Shown: positions 1 through 9,454, counted from the first letter of the stretch. The stretch is 64,000 bases of DNA from Prevotella sp. UBA2756 (GCA_002353205.1 DEJE01000048.1:11665-75664), one strand, 5' to 3'. Made by a program: numbers and translations. Notes: generated by a model from the letters alone, not told the origin.

Positions 1-460
1 GGTTCAGGTCGATCTGTATGGAGCGCGCCGACGGTCCTTTGTCGATCATGATATCGATGCGATAATCCTCCATGGCCGAGTAGAGATACTCCTCGACGAC
101 GGGCGACAGACGGTGTATCTCGTCGATGAAGAGCACGTCGTTCGGCTCGAGCGACGTCAGGATGCCTGCCAGGTCGCCCGGTTTGTCGAGCACCGGGCCG
201 CTTGTTATCTTGAATCCCACGCCGAGTTCGTTGGCGATAATGTTCGACAGCGTCGTCTTGCCCAGTCCTGGCGGGCCGTGGAGCAGCGTGTGGTCGAGGG
301 GCTCGCCGCGGTATTTGGCTGCCTCGACAAACACTTCCAGGTTCTCCACCACCTTCTTCTGTCCGCTGAAGTCGTTGAACTTCAACGGTCGCAGGGCATT
401 CTCGAAATCTTTTTCTGCCGATGACAGGCGTTCTTGCCTGATATCAAATTCTTCGTTCAT
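1..460 (-). CDS. ruvB: Holliday junction branch migration helicase RuvB (5' part; runs off window start)
   Basis: Manual translation from ATG at 460: [34 protein letters not shown]...[13 protein letters not shown] (Walker A)...[10 protein letters not shown] (Walker B)...[15 protein letters not shown]. Confidence 0.97.
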   Translation of the reverse strand, partial: MNEEFDIRQERLSSAEKDFENALRPLKFNDFSGQKKVVENLEVFVEAAKYRGEPLDHTLLHGPPGLGKTTLSNIIANELGVGFKITSGPVLDKPGDLAGILTSLEPNDVLFIDEIHRLSPVVEEYLYSAMEDYRIDIMIDKGPSARSIQIDLN

Positions 461-463
461 TGT

Positions 464-600
464 GCTGCAAAGTTACGAATAAACGAGCGAAATGCAAAAG
501 GAAAGCTTGCTTTTCTTTCCATTTCCGAGTGAAAGTAAGTTCGCGATTCTTATCGCAAAGTTACGAAAAGTCGAGAGCTATGATGCCAAAAAGCACAAAA
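464..600. repeat. Dispersed intergenic repeat, copy 1; carries TAACTTTG promoter-like motifs on the minus strand facing ruvB
   Basis: TGCAAAGTTACG..AAACGAGCG..CCGAGTG..AGTAAnTTCG..CAAAGTTACGAAAA is shared with 3652-3760. Confidence 0.7.
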
Positions 601-750
601 AAGATGTTAAAAGGCAATGTGTTCACCTTTTTTCCGACAAATAATGAGTAATTTTACACGTCGTTATGTATCACCCGAAGACAGAAAGCATCGTCGTTTC
701 ACCGTCGTTGTCATGAGCTGACTGTCTGTCGTATCAGATGAAGAAGGACT

Positions 751-1500
751 ATGAACATCAAGTTGCACACCCCCAAGACGCTGAAGAGCGGCAGCGGAAT
801 GTCCACGGCGAAGCAGCTCCTGCTGTCGATCGTGGCCACCAGCATCTCCATTGCCCTGACGTTCGGCACGGCGGCCATCGTCGATTCCAACAAGAAAGCA
901 AATGAGAAGCGCGAGATTGTGATGATGGTGATGTACGACATGTACAACTCTCTGCAGTCGTTCGAGCAGGCCGACTCCATGATCTACCACACAATGAACC
1001 TCCAGTTGCGCTTGGCCGAAGACACCACGCAGTTCACCAATATATATAATGAGCTGCTTGTGTCGCTGCCGTTTGTTGAATACACCGAGACCACCGAGCG
1101 CATCTTCTCGTCAAACATCGAAACCATCAACACCGTGGGCGACGTGTTCTTCACCGAGAACGTGGCCGATTTCTATCGCTTACGCAATCATTACAAGACG
1201 ATGGTGTGCGATTCTCTCTTTCACCATCTCAGAATTGATGACTTCAGCAGAGTGGATAGCGCGCTCGGATTCAACTTCATAGAGTACGCCATCATGAGCG
1301 GCGGCTTCGTGAGAAACATGAAGCGCCTATTCGACCAGTGCAAGCAAATGATGGATGTGAGCACAGACGACATGGAAGCCTATCGGAAAGAGAGGATGAA
1401 GATGGAGGAAAGCATCTCCGGGGGAAACGACGAATGGGAGGTTAAACTTAAAGAGTTGAGAGCCCTTCAAGACAAAATAGACCAAGCAAAGAAGAAATAG
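751..1500 (+). CDS. Hypothetical protein with N-terminal membrane anchor and helical C-terminus
   Basis: 249-aa ORF with coding-like codon use, hydrophobic segment LLLSIVATSISIALTFGTAAIV, 9 bp upstream of the next gene. Confidence 0.7.
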   Translation: MNIKLHTPKTLKSGSGMSTAKQLLLSIVATSISIALTFGTAAIVDSNKKANEKREIVMMVMYDMYNSLQSFEQADSMIYHTMNLQLRLAEDTTQFTNIYNELLVSLPFVEYTETTERIFSSNIETINTVGDVFFTENVADFYRLRNHYKTMVCDSLFHHLRIDDFSRVDSALGFNFIEYAIMSGGFVRNMKRLFDQCKQMMDVSTDDMEAYRKERMKMEESISGGNDEWEVKLKELRALQDKIDQAKKK

Positions 1501-1509
1501 AAGAGGAAT

Positions 1510-2598
1510 ATGAAAAAGACGATTCTGACAATGGCCCTCGTGGCGGCTGCGATGCCCACGATGGCGCAGCAGGTTGCCTATGCCGTCAGCGGCACCTACG
1601 GCAAAGAGGGTAAGAAAGTCTACTTGATGGACCAACTGACAGATAAGGCTGTCGACAGCGTTACCGTTGCCGACGGTAAGTTTTCGTTCAGCGGACATGC
1701 CGACAAAGATGCCTTGTTGGGCGTCATGGCAGAGGGGTCGGACTGGACGACAGGCTTCTTCAACGACGGAACGCCTGTCAGCGTCAACGTCAACGACTCT
1801 ACGGTGAAAGGTTCTGCACTGAACGAACGCCTGGCGAACTACGAAAAGGAAGTGTACAGACCGAAAACGGCCTTTTCCCAAAAAACGTCCAAGATGACCG
1901 AGCAGGAGATCATTGCACATCAGGATGAACTCATAGACGAGATGAACAGCATGATCGACAGCATCACGACCAACGCCGTCAGGGTGTTCGACAAGGAGCG
2001 CAGCACGCTGATACCGGTGGCTTTCTCCGAGTTCTACTTCATGGAAAACGGCGTGGAGGCCTACGACGAGCTGGTCAAGCAGCAGGTGGCCTTTGCCAAC
2101 CATCCCTATGTGAAGAAATCGCGCGACGAAATAGCGAAGATGATGGGGCTGCAGGACAACGAGAAGACAGCCTTCATCGGACAGCAGTTCACCGACCTGG
2201 AGATGGAAGACCCCGACGGCAAGATGCACAAAATCAGCGAGCTCGTGGGCGAAGGGCGCTGGGTGCTGGTCGACTTCTGGGCTTCGTGGTGCGGTCCGTG
2301 CCGTGCTGAGATGCCCAACGTGCTCGAAGCCTACAACAAGTATCACGCCAAGGGCTTCGATGTGGTTGGTGTTTCGTTCGACAATAAGAAGGAAGCATGG
2401 GTGAAAGCTATCTCCCAGCTCAGCATGCCGTGGCTGCAGATCTCCGACCTGAAAGGTTGGAAGTGCGCCGCCGCCGATGCCTACAAGATAGATGGCATTC
2501 CCGACAACATCCTTATCGACCCGCAAGGCAAGATCATCGACCGTGGCCTTCGGGGCAAGCCGTTGCAAAAGAAGCTGCAGAAAATCTTCGGAGAATAA
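1510..2598 (+). CDS. TlpA/AhpC-TSA family thiol-disulfide oxidoreductase with N-terminal DUF4369-like domain
   Basis: Signal peptide; VLVDFWASWCGPCRAEMP motif; C-terminal ILIDPQGKII. Confidence 0.92.
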   Translation: MKKTILTMALVAAAMPTMAQQVAYAVSGTYGKEGKKVYLMDQLTDKAVDSVTVADGKFSFSGHADKDALLGVMAEGSDWTTGFFNDGTPVSVNVNDSTVKGSALNERLANYEKEVYRPKTAFSQKTSKMTEQEIIAHQDELIDEMNSMIDSITTNAVRVFDKERSTLIPVAFSEFYFMENGVEAYDELVKQQVAFANHPYVKKSRDEIAKMMGLQDNEKTAFIGQQFTDLEMEDPDGKMHKISELVGEGRWVLVDFWASWCGPCRAEMPNVLEAYNKYHAKGFDVVGVSFDNKKEAWVKAISQLSMPWLQISDLKGWKCAAADAYKIDGIPDNILIDPQGKIIDRGLRGKPLQKKLQKIFGE

Positions 2599-2620
2599 GA
2601 AAAGGGGTTGGACGGAAGCG

Positions 2621-3631
2621 TCAGAGCCTCACTCCGAAGAAGGCACGGGCGCGCCATTTGTTCTGATTGACGACCACAATGTTGTCGTCGAAGACCGAGT
2701 TGTTCATCACGAGCGTCGCTCCCGTGTAGTAGCGTGAAGAGAAATTGCGCACGATGGCGACGTGCTCGTTGAAGATCATGTTGAAATGCATTCTCTTCGC
2801 ACGCTTGGGCTCACCTCTCACGGTGAGCTTGTTGCGGTCGTAGACCACGACGGTGGGCAGCATGGAGAAGTGGATGAGCCACCCTTTGCCCAGCACCCAG
2901 TTGTAAGCGTAGCCGCCTCCGATGCCGAAGTGGCCCACGCTGATGTTCACCTCAGGGGCATCAGCATTCCTTTCCTTCAGTTCCTTGTTCGTCTTGATGC
3001 TGCCTCCTTGGTAGCTGAAGCCCGCCAGCCACGAACCGGCCGAGCGCCGCTGTATGTAGCTCTGCGTGAAGGCGGCTGGAAAAGAGAAGTGGCGGTGGTT
3101 GAAGATGTAGTAGCCTGCGATGTTCGACACCTTCAGCGTGACGTCGCCCGACTGCATCTGCGACAGGTTGTCATCGCGCCTGATGTCGCCCGAGAGCGAT
3201 TCCGACCGCTGGTAGCTGAAGTCGAGGCAGAAGCGGTTGCTGTAGTAGTTCAGGTTGAACTCGTAGTCCTTGTAGATGCCCTTCCATTTGGCGGGGTTCA
3301 CAGCGATGGCGGCGCCGATTCCTCGGTACGATGCACCCAGCGAGAGCGTCGTCTTGTGGCTGGTGCTGAGGTCGGCCTTCGCCTTGACGCCGTTGACGGT
3401 ACCCTTGGCATGGAACGTGTTTCCCGTCTGGTTCAGCCTCACCTTCAGCGTCAGCTTGCCTTCGGGCCTCACGACGTAGTTCGTGTCGTAGGGCGTCTTG
3501 TAGTAACGGGCCGTCAGCGCGCTGTCCATCCTCGCCCTCCGTTGCCGCTGGCTGAGCGCTTGCGCACTGGTTTCCGCGGCCGCCGCGGCGACCATGAAGA
3601 ACACTATGATCCGAAGTGCTAATGCTTTCAT
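2621..3631 (-). CDS. DUF4421-like outer-membrane beta-barrel protein
   Basis: Signal peptide from MKALAL at 3631; HFSFPAAFTQSYIQRRSAGSW and GGGYAYNWV motifs; C-terminal FGVRL. Confidence 0.75.
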   Translation of the reverse strand: MKALALRIIVFFMVAAAAAETSAQALSQRQRRARMDSALTARYYKTPYDTNYVVRPEGKLTLKVRLNQTGNTFHAKGTVNGVKAKADLSTSHKTTLSLGASYRGIGAAIAVNPAKWKGIYKDYEFNLNYYSNRFCLDFSYQRSESLSGDIRRDDNLSQMQSGDVTLKVSNIAGYYIFNHRHFSFPAAFTQSYIQRRSAGSWLAGFSYQGGSIKTNKELKERNADAPEVNISVGHFGIGGGYAYNWVLGKGWLIHFSMLPTVVVYDRNKLTVRGEPKRAKRMHFNMIFNEHVAIVRNFSSRYYTGATLVMNNSVFDDNIVVVNQNKWRARAFFGVRL

Positions 3632-3651
3632 CGTTTTTGAAACATCACTAT

Positions 3652-3760
3652 CCGAGTGCAAAGTTACGGAAAAACGAGCGCAGAACAAAACAAATTCATT
3701 TGTTTTTTATGCCGAGTGCGAGTAACTTCGGCGAAGCGGCGAAGTCAAAGTTACGAAAAA
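3652..3760. repeat. Dispersed intergenic repeat, copy 2; minus-strand TAACTTTG motifs upstream of the DUF4421 gene
   Basis: Same blocks as 464-600, with an internal AT-rich palindrome AAAACAAAT-TC-ATTTGTTTT. Confidence 0.7.
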
Positions 3761-3821
3761 AAAACAAAAGTTGAGAAAAACTTGCGGATACGTAAAAAAA
3801 AACTATTTCTGCAGTGCAGAA

Positions 3822-3872
3822 AAGAGCGGGAAGCCGCGCCGTCATTCGGCATGGCTTCCCGCTCTTCGTTTT
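3822..3872. terminator. Strong hairpin, terminator-like
   Basis: AAGAGCGGGAAGCC / GGCTTCCCGCTCTT 14-bp stem plus inner GCCG/CGGC, followed by CGTTTT. Confidence 0.5.
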
Positions 3873-3961
3873 ATAAGAACACCCATGGTAATCGCTCTTC
3901 TTGATGCGTCGAGAAGTGGCTGATGACCGATAAAAGCCGCCATCAGACAGGCCCTGGAAGT

Positions 3962-3989
3962 GGGTACATTTGAGGTTGGCGGCGTCATT
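3962..3989 (+). promoter_or_regulatory. Putative ECF sigma promoter for the methyltransferase operon (15-nt spacer)
   Basis: GGGTAC-N15-CGTCATT, 18 nt before ATG 4005; half-sites identical to the 23093 site. Confidence 0.65.
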
Positions 3990-4004
3990 GAAGAAAAAGC
4001 GAGA

Positions 4005-5021
4005 ATGATGAAACGGAACATGACAGAGTGGATGGCGGGCCTCATCAGCGCGCAACGCGTGGCCGCCATTCCCATTATGACGCACCCCGGCATCGAGCTG
4101 GGGGGGCAAACGGTGCGCCAGGCGGTGAGCGACGGACAGGTTCATGCCGAGGCAGTGATCCGTCTGAGCGAGAAATACCCTTCGGCAGCCGCCTGCACCA
4201 TCATGGACCTGACGACCGAAGCCGAAGCCTTCGGCGCGCAGGTCGTCTTCAGCGACGTGGCAGTGCCTGCCGTGCAGGGACGCCTGCTCAGCACTCCTGA
4301 AGACATCGGCCGCCTGACGGTGCCCTCGCTCGGCAGCGGACGCATCGCTGCCTACCTGAAAGCGAACCTGCTGGCGGCGCGCGCCATCGACGACCGTCCG
4401 CTGCTGGCGGGCTGCATCGGACCCTTCTCGCTGGCCGGACGGCTCTACGACATGTCCGACATCATGGTGCTCATCTACGAAAACGCCGACGCGGCGCGCG
4501 AACTCCTTGAGAAATGCACCGACTTCATACTGAAATACTGCATGGCACTGCGACAGACGGGGGCCAACGGCGTGGTGATGGCCGAACCGGCGGCCGGTCT
4601 GCTCTCCGACGACGACTGCATGAACTTCTCGTCGGTCTACGTGCGACGCATCGTGGAGGCCGTTCAGGACGACACGTTCAGCGTGGTGCTCCACAACTGC
4701 GGCAACACCGGCCACTGCACCCACGCCATGGTGGCCACGGGAGCCGCCGCCTACCACTTCGGCAACAAGTGCCGCATGGAGGAAGTCATCGCCGAAGTGC
4801 CTGCCCAGGCGCTCGCCATGGGCAACCTCGACCCCGTGTCGGTGTTCAAGGACGCACCGGCCGAGACGGTACGACGGGCCGCCACCGACCTTCTCGACCG
4901 CATGAAAACGCACCCCAACTTCGTCATCTCAAGCGGTTGCGACACGCCGCCGCTCACTCCCCTTGCCAATATCGACGCCTTCTTCGAAGCGGTGGAGGCG
5001 TGGAACAGCCGACAGCAATGA
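4005..5021 (+). CDS. Uroporphyrinogen decarboxylase superfamily, MtaA/CmuA-like methylcobamide methyltransferase
   Basis: MDLTTEAEAFGA, GPFSLA, Zn-binding H-x-C (LHNCG) and distal Cys (SSGCD), MGNLDP; start 4005, 4008 or 4020. Confidence 0.85.
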   Translation: MMKRNMTEWMAGLISAQRVAAIPIMTHPGIELGGQTVRQAVSDGQVHAEAVIRLSEKYPSAAACTIMDLTTEAEAFGAQVVFSDVAVPAVQGRLLSTPEDIGRLTVPSLGSGRIAAYLKANLLAARAIDDRPLLAGCIGPFSLAGRLYDMSDIMVLIYENADAARELLEKCTDFILKYCMALRQTGANGVVMAEPAAGLLSDDDCMNFSSVYVRRIVEAVQDDTFSVVLHNCGNTGHCTHAMVATGAAAYHFGNKCRMEEVIAEVPAQALAMGNLDPVSVFKDAPAETVRRAATDLLDRMKTHPNFVISSGCDTPPLTPLANIDAFFEAVEAWNSRQQ

Positions 5022-5698
5022 CCGAAAAGACCCTCACATACACCGACCTGGCCATCACCGATGCCGACGTGAGCACGCAGATGGGCTATGGCGACGCTAC
5101 GGCCGACGGGCGCGTGCTCGGCGAGCTCCACGATATCGAAGCCGAGGTGAGCCGCTTCCTGCGCCCCCGCTTCTGCTTCTTCGTCGACCGGGGCACGCTC
5201 GACGACGATGAAGCGACGCTCACCGTCGGCACGACGCGCCTCGACGTGGCAAAGATCATCGCCCGACAGCTGCGCGGCTCGGCGGCCTTCGCCTTCTTCG
5301 TGTGCACGGCAGGCGAGGAGTACGAGCTGTACCAGCAGCGGCTGAAGGCCGATGGCGACATGCTGCGCGTGTTCATTGCCGATGCCTTGGGCAGCGTGAT
5401 CGCCGAACGGTGTGCCGACGAGATGGAAAACGCGCTGCAACAGTCGGTCGGCAAGCTCGGTTGGCAGCGCACCAACCGTTTCAGTCCGGGCTACTGCGGC
5501 TGGCATGTGTCGCAGCAGCAGCGCCTCTTCCCACTTTTTCCCACGACCTGCGGCGTCCGTCTGACCGACAGTTCGCTCATGGTGCCCATCAAGAGCGTGA
5601 GCGGCATCATCGGCGTGGGCCCCGACGTTCGACGTCTCGACTACTCTTGTGGCCTGTGCGACTTCAAACAGTGCTACAAGCGCAATAAGAAAGCATGA
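5018..5698 (+). CDS. Stand-alone cobalamin-dependent methionine synthase activation (SAM-binding) domain protein
   Basis: ATGA overlap with the upstream gene; FVCTAG, DALGS, RFSPGYCGW, SSLMVPIKSVSGIIG and a C-terminal CxxCxxxxC. Confidence 0.88.
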   Translation: MTEKTLTYTDLAITDADVSTQMGYGDATADGRVLGELHDIEAEVSRFLRPRFCFFVDRGTLDDDEATLTVGTTRLDVAKIIARQLRGSAAFAFFVCTAGEEYELYQQRLKADGDMLRVFIADALGSVIAERCADEMENALQQSVGKLGWQRTNRFSPGYCGWHVSQQQRLFPLFPTTCGVRLTDSSLMVPIKSVSGIIGVGPDVRRLDYSCGLCDFKQCYKRNKKA

Positions 5699-5802
5699 CC
5701 ATTCCTTCTTCTTTTGTTTGCTGAACCTTTCTTGGCAGCTTGCCAGACGAGCCGCTTCGGGTGGTCGGCGCCATGTTTCAGCGTTGCACGCGCAGAGTTT
5801 TT

Positions 5803-5892
5803 CGCGTGCAAAGTAAATTGAATTGCTGAGCAAAATAATTTAGATTGCTGAGCAAAACAATTTAGATTGCCGCGCAAAACAATTAGGATTGC
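5803..5892. repeat. Degenerate 22-bp tandem repeat (about 4 units)
   Basis: GCAAA at 5808, 5830, 5852 and 5874; unit similar to AATTTAGATTGCTGAGCAAAAC. Confidence 0.85.
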
Positions 5893-6030
5893 ACATCGAG
5901 ACAGCTTTTTTTCACGCTTCTGCGACAGTTTTTGGAGCCATCGCAACCATCTGTCGCAAAAAGGGGGGAGGTGTCGCAACAAAGGAAACAGAAAAAGAAG
6001 AAAATAGTTGTTTGCACAAAAATAGCGTCA

Positions 6031-6038
6031 TACCTTTG
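6031..6038 (+). promoter_or_regulatory. Bacteroidetes primary-sigma -7 element
   Basis: TACCTTTG matches TAnnTTTG, followed by an AT-rich leader to ATG 6123. Confidence 0.65.
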
Positions 6039-6122
6039 CATTGTCAAAAGGAACAAACAAGCTCCCAAGACAGGAAAAAAATAAAAAACAAAATATTATT
6101 AACAACTTAAAAAATTACAATT

Positions 6123-6566
6123 ATGAAAAAGCAAGTTTTATTTATCGCCGCACTCGTGTGCATGATGATGCAATCAGTTTCAAGTTTTGCCAACGACAGG
6201 ATTATCAATTCTGCACAACTGCCTGCCGATGCAAAGACGTTCATCCAGAAGACCTTCCCCGGCCAGACCATCGCCTATGCCGAGCTGGACAAGGAGTTCT
6301 TGAGCACCACCTACGAGGTGCACCTGAGCAACGGTGCTGAGGTGTCGTTCGACAAGGCAGGCAACTGGGACAAGGTAGAATGCAACTGCAGCGCTGTTCC
6401 CCAGCAGCTCGTTCCCACCGCCATCGCCAACTATGTGAAGACACACTACCCCAAGACCAGCGTGGTGAAGATCGACAAGGAGCGCTACGGCTTCGATGTT
6501 GAGCTCTCGAACAATCTTGAGCTGAAGTTCAACTCTAAGGGGCAGCTGATCCGCATCGGTGACTGA
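6123..6566 (+). CDS. PepSY-like (BLIP-like/DUF2874) periplasmic protein
   Basis: Signal peptide; repeated LP...F..P / YEV.LSNG.E..FD..G.W units. Confidence 0.88.
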   Translation: MKKQVLFIAALVCMMMQSVSSFANDRIINSAQLPADAKTFIQKTFPGQTIAYAELDKEFLSTTYEVHLSNGAEVSFDKAGNWDKVECNCSAVPQQLVPTAIANYVKTHYPKTSVVKIDKERYGFDVELSNNLELKFNSKGQLIRIGD

Positions 6567-6588
6567 CGCGGGAGTGCAACAACAAACG

Positions 6589-6620
6589 AAGGGTATGCCA
6601 GTGCGGCATACCCTTTTTCT
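6589..6620 (+). terminator. Intrinsic terminator
   Basis: AAGGGTATGCC / GGCATACCCTT stem followed by a T-run, between convergent genes. Confidence 0.8.
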
Positions 6621-6678
6621 GTGCTTCTCGGCCGGGCCTTACCGATACCGACCGGGTCGGCAGGGCCTTTTCGCGAGG

Positions 6679-9438
6679 TTACTGAAGTTCCCAGTGACCG
6701 CTGCCCACGCTGTGCCAGCGCCCATTGACGCGCACGCGGGCGTCGCAGCCGACGGGGATGTCGACCGTGACGGATGTCTTTGTGGCATTGACGGCGACGC
6801 GTCCGTAGAGCGTTTCGGTGGAGGCTTTCACCCATTGCAGGTCGCCGACGAGGTGCGGGTCGATCTCCAGGTGGCGCATGCCGACGGTTCCCGCCTGCTG
6901 ACCGATGCCGGCGAGTGTTCGGAAGAGCCATTCGTCAATCTGGCCCATCATGAAGTGGTTCTGCGAAGAGCCCTGCCGGGGGTCCCACTGCTCGGTGAGC
7001 GTGGTGGCACCCTGACGGAGCTGGTAGCCGTAGCCGGGCGTCTCGTAGTGGTTGAGCATGGCGTAGAGCAGCTCGTTCTGGTCGTTGCGGGCCAGCGTCT
7101 GGAAGAGATAGCGGTTGCCGACGTCGCCCGTTGTGAGGCGTGTGCCGTGGGCGTGGATGTCGGCGATGAGGTTTTTTAAGACAGTGAAGCGTGGGGAATT
7201 GGGCTGCGACGGGGTCGCAGCATACGGGACGATGCCGAGGAAGAGGGGCAGGGCGTTGGAGGTTTGGCTGCCCGAGCCGTAGAAACAGGAGTCAGGGTGG
7301 TAGAAATGGCGGTTGAAGGCGTCGGTGACGTTGCCGAGCAGGGCGCTGTAGCGGCGCTCGTCGGCATCGTTTCCTGTCATGCGTGCGGCGCGTGTGAGCA
7401 GCTGCAGGTCGTAGATGTAGTGCGCGGTGGCCACGAGGGGTACGGGCGTGTTGCGCGAGAAGCCCGCGCGCCAGGGCCCGTAGTCGTACCAGTCGCCGAG
7501 TCCGTGGCTGACGATACCGTCGTCGGCGCGGCTTGTCAAGTAGTCCACGTAGCGTCGCATGGCGTCGTAGTTGTTGACGATGAGCGTGGAGTCGCCGTAG
7601 TGCTCGTAGTACATGAAGGGCAGGATGACGAGCGTGGAGCCCCATTCGGGCGAGTCGTCGAACAAGTTTCCGAAGGAGACGTACTGCGGTGCGGTCGTAG
7701 GCACCATGCCGTTGGCTTTCTGTGTGTCGGTGATGTCGCGTATGACCTTCGGAATGTAGGCTCCCATCTCGTAGTTATAGAGCAGCGACGGTCCGCAGAG
7801 GTGGTCCTGTTCGAGCCATCCCAGCTTTTCGCGGTGCGGACAGTCGGTGAGCACGGCTTGCATGTTGCTGCGCTCGGCGCGCTCGATGAGACGGTGCGTG
7901 CGGGTGAAGAGGTCGTTGCTGCACAGGAACGACGACACTTCGGGTGCGCTGTTGTGGACGAAACAGCTGCGCAGACGGTTCAGGACGGGCAGTCCGTCGG
8001 GGTTTGGCTCTCCCTCGATGACGGCTCCTTCCACCTGAATGTAGCGGTAACCGTAGTAGGAGAAGCTCGGGTGCCAGGTCTCGCCGAGGCGGTTGCCGCG
8101 CAGGGTGTACTCGTAGTAGTGCTGCCGTCCGGTCTGCGTCTGGTCGCAGACGCCCTGTGGCGTCAGCGATTCGGCCACGAGGAGCGTCACCTTCTGGCCC
8201 GACTGTCCGGTGACGGTGATCTCGGGGAAGCCCGCGAGGTTCTGTCCCATGTCGAAGACGCGCACCGAGGGGTGCACCGTGCGGCGTGTCTTGGCCGAAG
8301 CAGCAGCTAAAGAGTCGGGGCTGACGGTTATTTCGCGCGCGACGTCGTAGCGTTCCATGATGCGCACAGGCGGTGCCTCCTGGGCCCGCAGGGTGCCTTC
8401 GGGCGCTTCGACGACGACGGCATGGTCGCCCAAGCACTCGATGGGCATGTTGGTTCCCCACGCCTCCGAGGGGAACGTGCGCGCGTCGTAGCTCTCGCCG
8501 CCGTAGATGCTGTTGAACGTCACGGGGCTGGGATGGAGCTCCCACGACTCGTCGGTGCAGACGGTTGTGAGCTTCTTGCGCCAGGCCAGCACGTCGATGC
8601 GCGCCAGGAGCTTCGGCGGTCCGAAGGATGTCTGCAGCTTGCTGTAGCGGTTGCCGCGCTGCACGTTGTAGAAACCGTTGCCGAGGATGACGACAATCTC
8701 GTTGGCGCCGCTGCGTATGTACTGCGTGATGTCGTGTATATTATAATAGGTAGTCTTTGAATACTCGCTCCACAGTGGTGCGAACTCGTCGGTGCCCACG
8801 CGTCGGCCGTTCAGGTAGACCACGTAGTGGCCCAGTCCGCAGATGGAGAGCTGGGCGTCGACACCTTTTCGGTTGCCGCTGAGCGGCACGGAACCATTGA
8901 TGAAGAACACCTTCCGCAGCACGATGCTCTTCGACGAGAGCGTGTCCACGCCGTCCCACTTGGCTTTGAACGTGTCTTTCTTGAAGACGGCGTTGCTCCA
9001 CCGGCCGTCGGGGATGCGCGCATCCTTCTTTGTGATGGCTCCAATCCATCGGGCTTCGTTCATGGGCGGCGCCACACGAAGAATCTGTCCGCTGCTCCAG
9101 GGCGATGCCTTGCCCTTCTGGTCCCAGACGCGCACGCGCCATACGTAGCCTTGGCGGCGGAAAGGCAGTGGCGGGAGGGCGATGTGCTGGCTCTCGCTGC
9201 TGCGCACGCGCTTCGAGTCGAAGACCTTCTTGTTGGTGATGCGTTCGGTCACCGTGATGCGGTAGGCTGTCTGGCGGTCGTTCTGCACGTCGGACGTCAG
9301 TTGCCAGCCCACACGGGCCTGCTCGTTGACCACGGCTGTTCCCGTCTGGTAGTTGCATTGCTGGCGGCTGACGGTCAGACGGGCTCCGGCTTGCAGGCTG
9401 AGAGCGATGGAAAAGATGAGGAGGATGGCTTTTTTCAT
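6679..9438 (-). CDS. GH78 alpha-L-rhamnosidase
   Basis: Signal peptide; FDMGQNLAG, FSYYGYRY, TDCPHREKLGW, GATTLTEQW and SQNHFMMG motifs. Confidence 0.93.
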   Translation of the reverse strand: MKKAILLIFSIALSLQAGARLTVSRQQCNYQTGTAVVNEQARVGWQLTSDVQNDRQTAYRITVTERITNKKVFDSKRVRSSESQHIALPPLPFRRQGYVWRVRVWDQKGKASPWSSGQILRVAPPMNEARWIGAITKKDARIPDGRWSNAVFKKDTFKAKWDGVDTLSSKSIVLRKVFFINGSVPLSGNRKGVDAQLSICGLGHYVVYLNGRRVGTDEFAPLWSEYSKTTYYNIHDITQYIRSGANEIVVILGNGFYNVQRGNRYSKLQTSFGPPKLLARIDVLAWRKKLTTVCTDESWELHPSPVTFNSIYGGESYDARTFPSEAWGTNMPIECLGDHAVVVEAPEGTLRAQEAPPVRIMERYDVAREITVSPDSLAAASAKTRRTVHPSVRVFDMGQNLAGFPEITVTGQSGQKVTLLVAESLTPQGVCDQTQTGRQHYYEYTLRGNRLGETWHPSFSYYGYRYIQVEGAVIEGEPNPDGLPVLNRLRSCFVHNSAPEVSSFLCSNDLFTRTHRLIERAERSNMQAVLTDCPHREKLGWLEQDHLCGPSLLYNYEMGAYIPKVIRDITDTQKANGMVPTTAPQYVSFGNLFDDSPEWGSTLVILPFMYYEHYGDSTLIVNNYDAMRRYVDYLTSRADDGIVSHGLGDWYDYGPWRAGFSRNTPVPLVATAHYIYDLQLLTRAARMTGNDADERRYSALLGNVTDAFNRHFYHPDSCFYGSGSQTSNALPLFLGIVPYAATPSQPNSPRFTVLKNLIADIHAHGTRLTTGDVGNRYLFQTLARNDQNELLYAMLNHYETPGYGYQLRQGATTLTEQWDPRQGSSQNHFMMGQIDEWLFRTLAGIGQQAGTVGMRHLEIDPHLVGDLQWVKASTETLYGRVAVNATKTSVTVDIPVGCDARVRVNGRWHSVGSGHWELQ

Positions 9439-9454
9439 GCTGATGGTTGTTTTT

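Noticed and set aside
3800-4005. Cobalamin or SAM riboswitch upstream of the methyltransferase
   Set aside because: Only a simple hairpin is visible and I could not identify a B12 box or SAM core; the putative promoter lies downstream of it. An Rfam scan would settle this.
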